Positions 24,501 through 36,039 of a stretch of 64,000 bases of DNA are shown here, in pieces; the first letter of the stretch is position 1; each line of letters opens with the position of its first letter. The notes under the pieces were generated by a model that did no database searches, was not told the origin of the DNA, and saw only the letters and a list, made by a program, of their open reading frames with translations. Position numbers and translations under genes: made by a program. This DNA comes from Marsupella aquatica (lineage: Eukaryota > Plantae > Marchantiophyta): contig OZ316899.1 of assembly GCA_973895155.1 (NCBI GenBank), forward strand, positions 2,997,455 to 3,061,454, given 5' to 3'.

Positions 24501-27500
24501 ACTTCAAGGATGAAATTCGGCTACAATTGGCTGGGGAGTTTGCAACTTTGGAATACCAAATTCATGACTTGCAAAATCAAACTATTGATTTGGAGTCCAG
24601 GTTGAGATCAGCGGAGGAGTGCAGTGCAAATGATCAGTCTTTTGGAGATGCAACAGGGGTGGCAACTCAAGAGGCTATGCGTGCATCAGTTAGAAGGAGA
24701 CAACAGAAGTCTCGTTTGAGGAAGCGGTGTCTACTTGGTGAGGTAATCGAGAATTATGATGCCTCTGATATCCCAAACAGAAGTGTCCGTAGCCAGACCC
24801 AAGTTGTCACTGGGATGGTAAAGCACTTTTCCGAATTAACGAGACGACATAATTTTGCTGCTAAGAAGATCATCATGGAACATTTCTGGACTCATAAGGG
24901 AATGGTTCAATTGCACCCCACTTCACTAGGCTGCCCTAAAGCGGATCTGTCATGGAGTACAGCTATCGATGATATAAAGAACACTTTGAAAACAGTCAAG
25001 TATGCAAGGCGTAAAGATCATAAAGCAGCCAAAGATATTCTACTATCTTCTTTTATAGGTCCCAAGATTGTGGATGCAAGATACCAATCTTCTCTTGCTC
25101 GAGCATTGTGTATCAAAAGAGCATCTGTGTATGCTGCTAGTAAGAAAAGAATTCTGCTAGATGGTGATGCAACACTGCGTTTTCCAATGGGTCAGCGAAA
25201 GGAAAGGAGTGATTGCCTTTCTCTGGAGATTCGAGGTGATGTTGCGTGGTTCTGGGAGGCGCTTACCAGGCCTGATCCAGGCAAGAAGGATTTTGTAAGA
25301 AAAAGGATTGCAAAGAATGAATATGTGGAGCACAGGACTCACCGCCTTGAGGATACTGAGGTAATTGCTAATTATGTAGTAGTGCATCTCATTTCTAATC
25401 GTGTAGTAAGTCTGCAAGTGTAGTAGTGCAAGTCTGTAATCAATATTGGTTTATTTTGTGCACTACTCATTTTGTTCACTTATGTTGCACATGGTGACAG
25501 GCAGAGTACTTTTTCAAGTTCCAGGAATGGCTGAAGAAAGAACATAAAGCTTACACTATCGGTTTGCGATCTTTTCAAGCCCTCAAACCTTACTTCATAC
25601 GTACAATGAAAGATAGGGATGTCTGCTGTTGTAAGCAACATGTTGAGATGCACCTACTTTGCAAAGCCTTTGCCAAGCAACGACAAGCTCAACATCCTGT
25701 GGGTTGCACATGTCAATGTGTAGTTTGTTCCCCTATAATTGTTGCTGGAGTGAGTCATAGTATTGATGGTAGTGTTGTCGACGGTACTTGCAGTACCACT
25801 ACTCATGTGAGTCTGAATAGTTATGATGAACCCTGCAAAGCTCACAAGTATACACAATGCTCTGTGAGAGAGTGGTGCGCACAGACCTTATGTAAGAAAG
25901 GAGAGGATGATCTTTGGCACAAGAGGAACTGTTTACTAGGTAGTTGTGAGATCTGTGGGCCAGGGTTGTTAGAGTTGTGTCCGTGGGAGGAAAGAGTGGA
26001 TGAAGAGGATGAGTTTGTGGTGTGGCAAACATATGAGTATGTTAACCTGGATGATTTACCAAAGCCAAAGAGTGCCAAAAAGAAGAAATTCCAGAATCGT
26101 GATGATGCAGAGATTTCCAAGGTTAGAAAGAGGCTTAGATTAGTAACTAAAGTCACCTCAATGGTGGTGTTTATGGAAAAAGTAACAGCTACTATAGAAA
26201 CGTTTATAAACATGACTTCTATGCTAGATGGCAAGCTGAGCAGTACCAGAATTGTCTCAAGTCCTTTCCTAAAGGCACCATAGTGAGTTCGATTGACTTT
26301 GCAGAGAACTACACGTTTGCAACGCAAGATGAGGTACAATCCCTTCACTGGGATAATAGACAGGTCACTATTCTTGTTCTGATCACCTACCGGCACCAGT
26401 ATGACAAGGAGGAGGAGGATCCTGTGGTGTACAACAAAATGGGCCAGAGGATCACCAGATTTATTGAGGCTGATTACCACTTCTTTATTTCAGATGACAA
26501 TAGCCATGATACCTTCTTTGTGCAACACAACTTGGATTTCCATTGGAAGTGGATGAAAGAGAAAGAGATTTTTGTAGACAATCACATTATGTGGTCAGAC
26601 GGGTGTGCAGCACAGTTTAAAGCTTGCCACCCTTTTTCCTATGTGGCAAAATACAATCATGACTATGGGGTCCCACTAATGTGGTGTTTCCATGCCTCGG
26701 GGCATGGGAAAGGTGTACAAGTAATTACTTGCCAGGCCCTTTTTTTGCTTCATTGTCTATAGTATGTAATAGTGTTACATTTTTACGTGCTGATTTATGC
26801 GATAGCTTTGAAGTTTTTAGCGTGCAGGATTTGATGCATTTTTGTTGTATGCTTGCTTCCACAGGATGGACTAGGACCTGGGGTGAAGCAAGCTCTTCGA
26901 AAGGAGCAGTTGCGGAAAGAAGGAGGGCATCCAATGGAGGGTGCCAAGGATGTGGTCAAGTTTCTTAAGGAAAGGTTTTGCCTAGGAAAGCAAATGGAGT
27001 ATGACAAGAAGCAGGGTGTGAGGCGTTTTTTCTGGGAGGTCGGTGTGCAAGAGGTGGAGCGGAGTTCAGGCCTAGAATGTTTGCCTATCAAAGGTGTGAG
27101 ACAAAAGCATTGCTTTTGGGGATATAGCCCTGACAATCCCATGATGCTGAAATGTAGACAGTTGGCTTGCTTCTGCATCAACTATGCACTTCATCCAGAA
27201 AGTCAAGAACTCTGTGAAAATCAGGCTCATGTTCTACCGTGGGAGGTAGATTATGTGTACCCCAAAAATGCTGGAGAGATTGCATCCATTATTGAAGACA
27301 TGGGTGGCGGGTTGGATAGTGAGACCTATGATTACGAGGGCTACATTGGTGATCTAGTTGAAGTGGGTGACTATTTTGCTGTGAAGGCTGAAGAAGACAA
27401 CATTTGGAAAGCAAAATTCTACGTTCTTTTGTGTACAAAAAGGGCTCATGTTGTTGAAAATGATTTCATAGACGACTATTCTGCTGAATTTTATAAGGGC

Positions 27501-30500
27501 GATCGAGTTTTGGCAGGCACTTGGTTTCAGCAATATGGCAGGCATCCGACTTGCTTTGTTCGTAACGACAAATCTAGCATTAGCTATTGCCGATGTGGCA
27601 TCCGTGATTCACATAAAATTTGGACTTGTGCCAACAAAAATACTGAGGGGATCACCAGGGTTCAAGCTTGCCCCTAACACTTATCAAGCAATTTTGGATT
27701 CAGCGAACAGGTAATTTTCTTTCACTGCCAATATTTATCTGTTTATTGAAGACACTAAAGACACTCATTGGAAGAGAATAGTTACATTGGGTAGATTGTT
27801 GGTTGTGCTGGTTTAATTCTAATTGCAACTTTATTGACTGCAGAGGAAATCCGAGTGTGGTTGAATTGAACCTGTACTCCTAAAGTTCTAGGTAAGCAAA
27901 TTAAAAGCGCAGATGCTAATGTTTTATGAGGTGGTCGTCCTCACTTGATGTTGGTCCCTCAATCTCAAAACTCTGTGAAAAGGCACTTTGTGACATTCTT
28001 GTACACTGATTCATGTCTTTGACCAATCTAGTTTATTGTGTGCAGGTGTTCAATTTGATGACTGCGCAATGCACATGGCCCATGATTCTCAGTGGCAAGT
28101 AAACTTGCAACTCCTCCTTACCGAATACTAGTTCTTCTTTGTAATACCTATTGCTAATACTTGTAATATTTATTTGCTAATACTTAATGCCTTTTCTAGT
28201 ACCTACTTGATAATAAATACTCATAGTACCTAGTACATAATACTTAGTCAAGTATTAAATACCTTAAGTACCAGTACTGGTTACATATGTACCAAGTACT
28301 CAGTACCATAAGTACGCAGTACCAACTTAAGTACCTTAAGTACCAAATACTCAGTACTTTGAGTACCTAGTACTCAATACATAATACAAAGTACCTAAGT
28401 AAGTACCTAGTACTCAGTACCTTAAGTACATAGTACCTTGAGTACATAGTACCAAGTACCATAAGTACCCAGTACTCAGTACCTTAAGTACCCAGTACTC
28501 AGTACCTTAAGTACTCAGTACCTTAAGTACCCAGTACTCAGTACCTTAAGTACCTAGTACTCAGTACCCTGAGTATCAAGTACTTAGTACCTTGAGTACC
28601 TAGTACTTAATACCGAGCTCAATACGTTGAGTACCTGGTACTCAAGACCTGGCTTTAGTACTCAGTACTTGCAGTCCGACCCAATACTCAATACTATAGC
28701 CTAGGCTAATAGTTTTATACAGTTGAGTGTTTGATGTAGTGGGTGTTGTGAGACTAGTAGCTATATTGCAAAAGCAAGCCACTGATACATTTTTAACTGC
28801 TGGACCTGTCTCTTTTTTCATGCAGGTGATATAATGAGTCTCTCTTTGTTGCCTAGAGGCACGACAATCACTACCCTTGTTTGGCTAGATATGGATATAA
28901 TTTATCATAAATTTTAGTCATGTGAGTTGTGGCTAGCAAATTAGCTAGTTGAGTAGTGGCCACAGGACCATTGTGTCTTCGTTCAGCAGCATTTTGTGAT
29001 CATGCTTCTGTTTCAGAATAAGCTTGAAACGCAATTTGAACCTTGTCTATCAAATCTATAAAAGTTCTCATCAAATGCCAATGGATGTCCATATTCTTCT
29101 CTGTTGCCTTCCTGGACCTCTGGTGCAACTTTAATTATCTCAATTCGGTGATCACCTTAGTCTGTTCCTCCTGTTCGGTGTAGTGCCTTAGTTCCCAGAA
29201 CTTTGCAAAGGGAAGCAAATTTTAGCTCTCAACCTCCATCCAGATCTTATTTTACCCCCATGCATGTTATAGCATACTGTTACTTTTCCTAAATTAAGCA
29301 TTCGTCCATTCATGGACCCAGGTTATTCACAGTTCATGTTGTCTTTTGAGATCTGCCTTAGTTTGATTTCTTTATTTCAATCATCAAAGGAGGAGCATGA
29401 TTGTTTCACAGTACCAGTATGTACACTCATTCAGTTTTTTCCTGAGTGTACATACTGAGATCACTATGAGCATCAATGGCATTTTCTATTCCAAGGCAAA
29501 TGATTGTTATGAAGGGTTCACTTTCTAAGGTTTCTCACAATAACTAATTGCGCTAACATCTACATTATGATCCAAACAACAACCTGGATATAGGTCGAAA
29601 GCTTGGCATTGTTGAAGGCCAACATTTTGGACTATAAACAAAAATTAAACTCATTCATTGTTTCTTCATAAACACGAGTCACAAACACTCGCTCAGTTTA
29701 TTTACAGTGCAAGTCCTGTTGCTTTCAATAGTAAATGCAATACCATGCGGATTACAAAATTGACTGTAACAAATCCATGTAATCCATTGAACTGTTTGGC
29801 CTGTAGAATTCAGTTCACTTTTCCGCGATTAAAAAAACTACTCTAGCAATTGTCAAGTAGGCAACTCTATTTCTCTATAGTTTCCAATACATCAAGATTT
29901 GTACAAAATGAGACATCTTGTAGTCACTCAATTTATTTATGCAAGCTAGACTTTAGCTTTGTACAGTAAATCAAGTACTCACAAGATACAAGATTGATTG
30001 ATTGTAACTAATCCAAGCAGAGACAGAAAGAACCACACTAAACTGTTGGGGCCTGTAGAAAATCCTGGCCACAAAATCCGTATGCAAAAACACTACTGCA
30101 AAAATTGCAGCTCTATATATGTCTCTACAATTCCCAAAACATTCTCCTCAGATCACCTCATTCCTAATCTAAACCTTGATGGCGAAGTGCGGCTAAAATA
30201 CCCTCCAATTGGTCCAAAAGGACAGATCCTCTTGGTACGAGGGATCGTTCCACATTGGTGGACCTTGGGTGGGATCTAGAAACTGTCATAGTGAGAGGCC
30301 AGGGGACCCAACTATGGGTAGGAACCCCAAGGAGAGACAAAATTTCCACTGATAGTACCCCATCTTTTGCAGCCAAGGCCACTGAGCACCTTTGACACTG
30401 CAAGGCAACAGCCCGGATGTAGTCCATCTGCTCCTGTTCGGTGCAAGCTCGTAGGTCTGAAGCTCCTAGCCCCAACCAGACTGAAGCGCTATCCCGAATC

Positions 30501-33500
30501 TCAGCACGAATGGGGGTTGCCTGCTTAAACACCGCATCAACAATCACAACTTCAAAACCATATGTATCAACACCCTCCCCTGCATGGCCACACACCTGCC
30601 GGCCGAGCTCCTTTGATGTGCCACAAATGCCTCCATGTCCTAGCCGATGTGAGCATGCTTTATAAATAAAGCGCCGAGGATGGGGGAAGGTTGAATGAAA
30701 GTTCACAATATGAACCACGACATCTCGAAATGAAGCAGACTGCCCTGCTTCCACGACCTGCTCAACTTCTGTTACAGGAGTCCCCATTCTTCTGCGTCAA
30801 CAAGATCCTGCAAAACTACAAGTCCAATACTCAAATCAATACTCAAGGATTCCCGATGGATATTCAATGACAAAACCTTGCTTGCACTACCACAACATGA
30901 CACACAATCCTCAAGGGATTACACTACTACTCAAAGGTATTGAACTAATACTCGCAGGAATTTGAAACAATACTCAAACGCGTAACTTACATAATACTCA
31001 AAGGTATTTACATAATACTCAAAGGTATTTACATAATACTACAAGGTATTTACATAATACTACTGACAAGGTATTTACATAATACTACAAGGTATTTACA
31101 TAATACTACAAGGTATTTACATAATACTACAAGGTATTTACATAATACTACACGGTATTGTGACAATACTACAAGGTATTATGATAATAATACACGGTTT
31201 TGTGATAATACTCAATGGTATTGAGATAAAAATCAACGGTATTGAGATAATAGTACTTGAGGTATTATGAAAATACCAGGGGAATTGACTAACACCTGAA
31301 ACTCTTACAGTAATACCTTATTGTATTAGACTAATACCCGAAGGTACTAAACTAATACTTAGTATTAGAGTAACAATCACAGGTACCAGGTAAATACTCT
31401 GTGACATGAAAGCACAGCCAGAGAAATTACTTGAGTCTGGTAGTGCATGTAAAGTGAGTATTCAAATCTACATAATATGCATGTATGAAGTGAGTGAACC
31501 CTAAACCAAATAAACCTGTGACAATACATAGAAATTGACTGGTACAAAGGATGAGCAAGAGGAGAGTAAGAAAATTTACCATCAATGCATCCACATTGGG
31601 TATCTAGACAGACATCTAGGGTTCATGAATGCTCAGAGGCAGACAACAATGTCAACATAGTAGTCCTATTTAAATTTCCTAGCTGATCCATGACCTCTTC
31701 CTCGTCCTTTGACAGGTGGTTTAACCTTTTCAACTGACTTTAAGGCAACATTACCACCCTTGTCATGAGCAGGATCCAATCCTAGACTGATAGCAGCACC
31801 CCTTAACTTCCCCTTAGCTTGAGAGGAGCTTGTGCCATTCTTCTCCTCGGCCTTTCGCTTTTTGCTACTCCCCTTACAAGACTCAGAGCCAGGCTCAGAG
31901 TCATTAGAGACATTCTCCACCTGAGTGACCAAACCAGGTTCTGGAGCAGCACCCTTTTTGACCTTCACAATTGAGAGATTCACCTCACCCTTGGACTCCG
32001 GGGCTGAAGTCTGCGTTTGAACTAGAGTAGGAACTGACTTGATGTCAACTTTTGAGACCCTCAACAACTCATGGTGTACATGTGCAGCTTTACCAACAGC
32101 CTCATGATATTCGATAGACTTCTTCACACTTTCTTGCAGCGCAAAACAATATCCCACAATTAGCAATTGACCAATATCCCCGCTAATACCAATGTACGAC
32201 AAAGCCAGATCATACTATGCCAACAACTCGAGTGACCAGGTTTAGTGATTACCTTTGAATATAACTTGGTCACTTTCTTATGCTTCAAGGCTTGATTCTC
32301 CCTCCTTCCCTTTAAATTCAAGGCATTCTTGCAATACAGATCACTAAGGCTCTTTTGAAAAGAGATAGATTGTTCTTCCAAACCCCAATCATCTGCTAGC
32401 TTCACTACATCTGGATGGTCCACTCGGGATGAACCCCAGCACTTCAGCCAGGCTGGATGAAACACTTCAGCACAGGCTAAACACTTAGGAGGTTTACTGT
32501 CACCGTTTCGAAGCAACGGGAACAAACAACTTGGATGATAGCAATGTCCACACGATGTGGGAATCCAATTGTTACAAAAGAAGCCAAGAGAGCAAACAGG
32601 GCATTTGCTTATGGGAAAATAAGCCTCCTCTGTCTGCGCAGGACAAATGATACTAATAGGGCATACATAAATTGCATGAGAGGTATTCAAGTGCTCCTTT
32701 AGTCTTGCGCACTCTAGATTGAGAGCATCATAGGACTTTGTCAATTTGTATGCTGTATGATCTAGCTTGTGCAAGGTCTGTTTCCCATACTCCTGTTCCT
32801 CATCCAACTTATTCAACTCTTTCATAAGAACTTGAGCATCTGCGACTACATCAATGCGCTCTGCTTTGAAGTAGCCAAGTTTGCTTGCAGTATATTTGTT
32901 TCATTGCAACATGAGACATATTTTTCTCGCAACCCTTTGCAAAGTGCCTGCACAAGTCCCGGCCAACACAACAGGATTGTTATAAGCAACTGAAAATCAC
33001 ATTCAACAAAGATAATATGAAAACAAATGTAGCTTTAAACAAAATGAGATCATTTACCTCGTCTTCAGAATGCTCTTCGTCAGGATCTTGCAGCAGTTCA
33101 AGATCCTCAGATACTTGAGCTTGCTCTTTGACCTGAGCATGGATGCGTCGTTGTACGTCGTGGATGATATCAGTGAGTTCATTCTTTTGCACTTTCAACC
33201 TTGACAATGTCGTTTGAATTGAGTTGATTCGATCAGTAGCCTCATTCTGAGCTGCTATGAATTGAATGGCATCTTGTGTAGACTTCTGCATTTCAGGGCC
33301 AAGCTCTGCAAGACTAGCCTCCACTACCTCCAACATTGTTTCAAGAAGTGTATTCTTCTGGTGTGGAATTGGCGTGCCAGTAGTGACTCCAGTGCAAAGT
33401 TTTTTGGTTTGAGCTTCTGGAAAACCTATGAAACTATTTCCTGGTGACATTTCATGATTCGGACCACCTACCTGAGAAAGGGACTCACCTTGCTCTTGCT

Positions 33501-35803
33501 CATTTGCCTCTAGTCCTAACACCGTACCTGGAGATATTGTATCTTGCTGCAATTGGTTCATGTTTTGTGGGAAGTTTTGACTACTCGAATGAGGACCCGA
33601 GGCTTCGGGTGACTTGAGCTCTAGGTTTGCCGGTTTCTCCTCCCCAGGTGATTCACAATGTGCTCCACTCGCAACGGACTGTGTTCTATTGAAGAGGTCT
33701 AGAGGAGGGATATACTTTGTCTCAATCCTCTTCCACGGTGGCGAGTTTCTATCGATTGGAGACTTCCTTACAAACCTCAACCAAAGCTGCCCTCTATGCT
33801 TGTCTGCACCACAAGCTGCCCAATTCACAGGTCTTTTTAAGATCCGCTCATAGTACAAACCTTTGGCAACGTCCACAGTGTATGGTTGAAACTTTCCGAT
33901 TCCGTCCAGCGCACAGGTAAGCATGGCGATGTCGTCGGCAGGAATCCCCTTAACGCCATCCTTCTTGTAGCCGTTCTTCCCAGACTTGTTCCCAAAATAC
34001 TCCTCCAACACCTCAGCGGACACGTCTTCACTTGTGAGCTCCTTCGGAATGCTTCCCACATTGGGCAAGCCAAAGACATTATGGAAATGATCGATGTCCT
34101 TCACAAACTCATCAACTGTCCACTCTTCTGATGAGGGGACCTTTACAAGACTCTCACCGTGTGATTTTGGTGGTAGCTTGTGACTCGTGGACTTTCCAGG
34201 CATTTCAGAAGACATACCTGCTGTGTAGCTTGAGTTCTCCTAGCTGCTCGCTCCAAGCGTTGGCAACAAACTATTTGGGCGCAAACCTGCACTATGCAAC
34301 TCCGCCCGAGTCCCTTGAAAGCGCGTTACTCCAGAGTCTGACTCGTCCCTTCCAGTGCCTTGCGCCTAAATTACAACACAAGAATGTGAGTTCAATGTCA
34401 TCTTATTTGAAAAGATTGAATGTGTGCCTAATGCGTGGCCTAGATCATAGAAGACATTCAATATTAAACAAGTGGGGAAGAAAACAATCAGAGCAACTTT
34501 CCGAGTGTCCTCAACTTTCAAAATTGTAGCTCAGGTCCTGTAACTCTTCAATCTCCACAACGCAAACGAGACTGCAAAAAGTTCCAGAGATTCAAATGCT
34601 TGCAGCCCTCGACTAAAAGCAACTTCCTGCGCCAAAATGCAACGTCATTCCCTCCCGCATTCCCTCCCCTGCTACCTAATCAAGGATCACAATGTTGCGG
34701 TCTTCTCCAACTGGCACATTGCGCAACATTCAAACTGGAGTACGCATCGTGAAAGTTGATTCAACGCGACAAAAAGAAAATAGAAAGGAAGTGCGCACTT
34801 TGCGCCCAGGTCTCCCTTGATTGTAGGCAATGCTACGGTTTGGATCATCCTTCTAGCAGGAAGGGTCAAGATCCAACAATGCTACTCCCTCAACCACCAC
34901 CATTGATCTTCATTGCCACCACGACACGGTCCGGATTTGCTGACCTTTCTAATTTTGAAATGATAGGAGGTTACGGTAGTAATGTCTTTTCGGCCCTTCC
35001 TCCCTCCAACGTGATTGTACTTGCAACAACCTCCTCCCTCATCATTACATGACTTGTAGTACTAACTGTACTATGAGCTTTGTGGTAGGGGTGGTATTAG
35101 GAGGGGTATTATTTTGCTCAAATTAGACCCCCTCTAGCTTGCTTTTGGCCATCAGCTCCGAGAAGCTGAGTTAAAGATCACCAACAATGACAAATTAGAA
35201 GTGATAAAGCAACAATTGGTAGATGGACACGCGGAGCAGCAGCAAAACATCAAAGAATTGGTAACGGTATTGGCTAAGATGATAGGCAAACAGTGCCCTG
35301 AAGTCAGTTATTGGGAAGAAGCACTAAAAATGTTGGATATTGTGAAGCAGAAAATGAATGAATTGGAAATACAGGTACAGATTGTGACAGCAGACAAGGG
35401 CAAGGTAGAAAGATCAAATGAAGAACTACGAGTAGCCCAAGCACTTTTGGAGAGGAAATTGGAAAGCCAGCGCGATCAATTGCAGGAACTTCAACAAAAA
35501 AATGATGAGGCTGAAAAGACGTTAGGTCACAAGCGTGGTGAATTGGAAGAAATGACAGCCAGAGAGATATCACTATCTCACGAGAAGGAAACTGGGGAAG
35601 TGGCCATACAGCGGTTGCAAGAGAAAAATGAGAAACAATTACAGGAGTTGAATGAAGTGCTGAAGGACAACGAAGAATTGGAGACCAAACAAGAACTACT
35701 AGAGGAGCGAATCCGAGATTTAAAGACTATGGTGTTGAATTACAGAGAGAAACAACTTAAAGCAATCATCAAGGAAGTCACAGGAAAAGAGCCGAAGAAG
35801 TGA
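21515..35803 (+). CDS. H internal accessory ORF before the 3' LTR (768 aa; 21515-23172 joined to 35155-35803), split by the TIR transposon; PMD-like plus C-terminal coiled coil
   Basis: Removing 23173-35154 gives an uninterrupted ...WILQLKDQ-LREAELKITNNDKLEVIKQQL.... The motif LTEFINLDW...IEGFILSW...VMAAFGL...GFMMNQC...NWS parallels A-G. Confidence 0.8.
23173..23205 (+). repeat. Left TIR
   Basis: GGCCAAAAGCAAGCTAGAGGGGGTATTATTTGA; reverse complement of 35118-35150 with 2 mismatches. Confidence 0.93.
23575..23795 (+). repeat. Subterminal imperfect ~80-bp tandem repeat (about 2.5 copies)
   Basis: Recurring gtaagtttttcttg..gaaacaag...cattgcg...gcagaaattt.gtggtactcac.ga.gcactatac. Confidence 0.8.
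23995..24065 (+). repeat. Short CATTACTCT repeat cluster (4 copies)
   Basis: cattactctgcgg / cattactctacg / cattactctgtgg / cattactctgtg. Confidence 0.75.
24152..27710 (+). pseudogene. Spliced Sola2-like DDD transposase (exons 24152-25360, 25501-26720, 26865-~27710, possibly more); frameshifts near 26209 and 27590
   Basis: Phase-0 GT-AG introns 25361-25500 and 26721-26864 join in frame. Motifs FQALKP...RDVCCCKQH, (IKHDFYARWQ)...IDFAENY...QDEVQSLHW, WSDGCAAQFK and SGHGKGVQ|DGLG. Superfamily assigned from recalled Sola2 motifs plus the 4-bp TSD. Confidence 0.75.
28190..28670. repeat. AGTAC-based tandem array (core ~23-bp unit AGTACTCAGTACCTTAAGTACCC)
   Basis: Dozens of AGTAC/GTAC cores spaced 7-9 bp apart; best conserved at 28460-28570. 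Confidence 0.9.
30164..30787 (-). CDS. Cargo ORF or exon (207 aa), putative Zn-ribbon OB-fold (RPA70 C-terminal-like)
   Basis: Y-x2-C...C...C-x-H followed by YGFEVVIVD...ASVWLGLGASDL resembles the RPA1 DBD-C pattern. Family assignment is inference. Confidence 0.5.
   Translation of the reverse strand: MGTPVTEVEQVVEAGQSASFRDVVVHIVNFHSTFPHPRRFIYKACSHRLGHGGICGTSKELGRQVCGHAGEGVDTYGFEVVIVDAVFKQATPIRAEIRDSASVWLGLGASDLRACTEQEQMDYIRAVALQCQRCSVALAAKDGVLSVEILSLLGVPTHSWVPWPLTMTVSRSHPRSTNVERSLVPRGSVLLDQLEGILAALRHQGLD
30990..31400. repeat. 21-bp tandem array CATAATACT(A/C)(C/A)AAGGTATTTA: 8 good copies (30990-31150), then degenerate
   Basis: cataatact starts at 30990, 31011, 31032, 31053, 31078, 31099, 31120 and 31141. 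Confidence 0.92.
31666..32825 (-). CDS. Cargo exons containing a RING-H2 finger (32472-32603) followed by a basic low-complexity tail
   Basis: CPVC-x13-CGHCYHPSC-x14-CLAC fits C3H2C3. A probable intron lies near 32135-32248 (AAG|GTAATC donor on the minus strand). Confidence 0.7.
32980..34215 (-). CDS. Cargo exon (411-aa ORF; probably spliced at ~33060) with PMD-like domain and coiled coil
   Basis: WTVDEF...VFGLP...YFGNKSGKNGY...PVNWA matches the pattern of the retroelement accessory ORFs. GAG|GTAAAT donor after HSEDE. Confidence 0.65.
   Translation of the reverse strand: MSSEMPGKSTSHKLPPKSHGESLVKVPSSEEWTVDEFVKDIDHFHNVFGLPNVGSIPKELTSEDVSAEVLEEYFGNKSGKNGYKKDGVKGIPADDIAMLTCALDGIGKFQPYTVDVAKGLYYERILKRPVNWAACGADKHRGQLWLRFVRKSPIDRNSPPWKRIETKYIPPLDLFNRTQSVASGAHCESPGEEKPANLELKSPEASGPHSSSQNFPQNMNQLQQDTISPGTVLGLEANEQEQGESLSQVGGPNHEMSPGNSFIGFPEAQTKKLCTGVTTGTPIPHQKNTLLETMLEVVEASLAELGPEMQKSTQDAIQFIAAQNEATDRINSIQTTLSRLKVQKNELTDIIHDVQRRIHAQVKEQAQVSEDLELLQDPDEEHSEDEVNDLILFKATFVFILSLLNVIFSCL
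35118..35150 (-). repeat. Right TIR
   Basis: TCAAATTAGACCCCCTCTAGCTTGCTTTTGGCC followed by TSD ATCA. Confidence 0.93.
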
Positions 35804-36019
35804 TTTCTCACCGAAAAAATTGAGGTGATTACTCAGGATCAGGTTTCAGAAGCGATGAAGGGGGCAATCAAAGGGACCACAGAAACTCCAATAGAGCAGA
35901 CCCAACAGGATGACAACATGGAGGAAGCGGTAACAACCAAAAAAGTAGTAACTCAACCAGCTTCAGACGCCAACACAATCAATGAGATGGAAGTTGAAGG
36001 GACATCAGGGACGAGTCCC

Positions 36020-36039
36020 AAAGATAAGTAAAGGAGCAA
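36020..36039 (+). promoter_or_regulatory. H polypurine-tract candidate
   Basis: Purine-rich AAAGATAAGTAAAGGAGCAA directly before the 3' LTR; imperfect. Confidence 0.5.

Larger units (their letters stand above)
23173..35150 (+). mobile_element. 11978-bp TIR DNA transposon, Sola2-like, carrying cargo ORFs
   Basis: 24-bp perfect TIRs (33 bp with 2 mismatches), 4-bp TSD ATCA at 23169-23172 and 35151-35154, and an internal DDD transposase gene. Excision restores the host ORF. Confidence 0.9.

Noticed and set aside
28190-31400. Tandem arrays as CRISPR loci
   Set aside because: Units are head-to-tail with no unique spacers, there are no cas genes, and the context is eukaryotic.
21515-35803. Calling the H pre-LTR ORF or the LTR ORFs env
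   Set aside because: No signal peptide, transmembrane segment or furin/fusion motif is visible; the proteins are basic/acidic with coiled coils.
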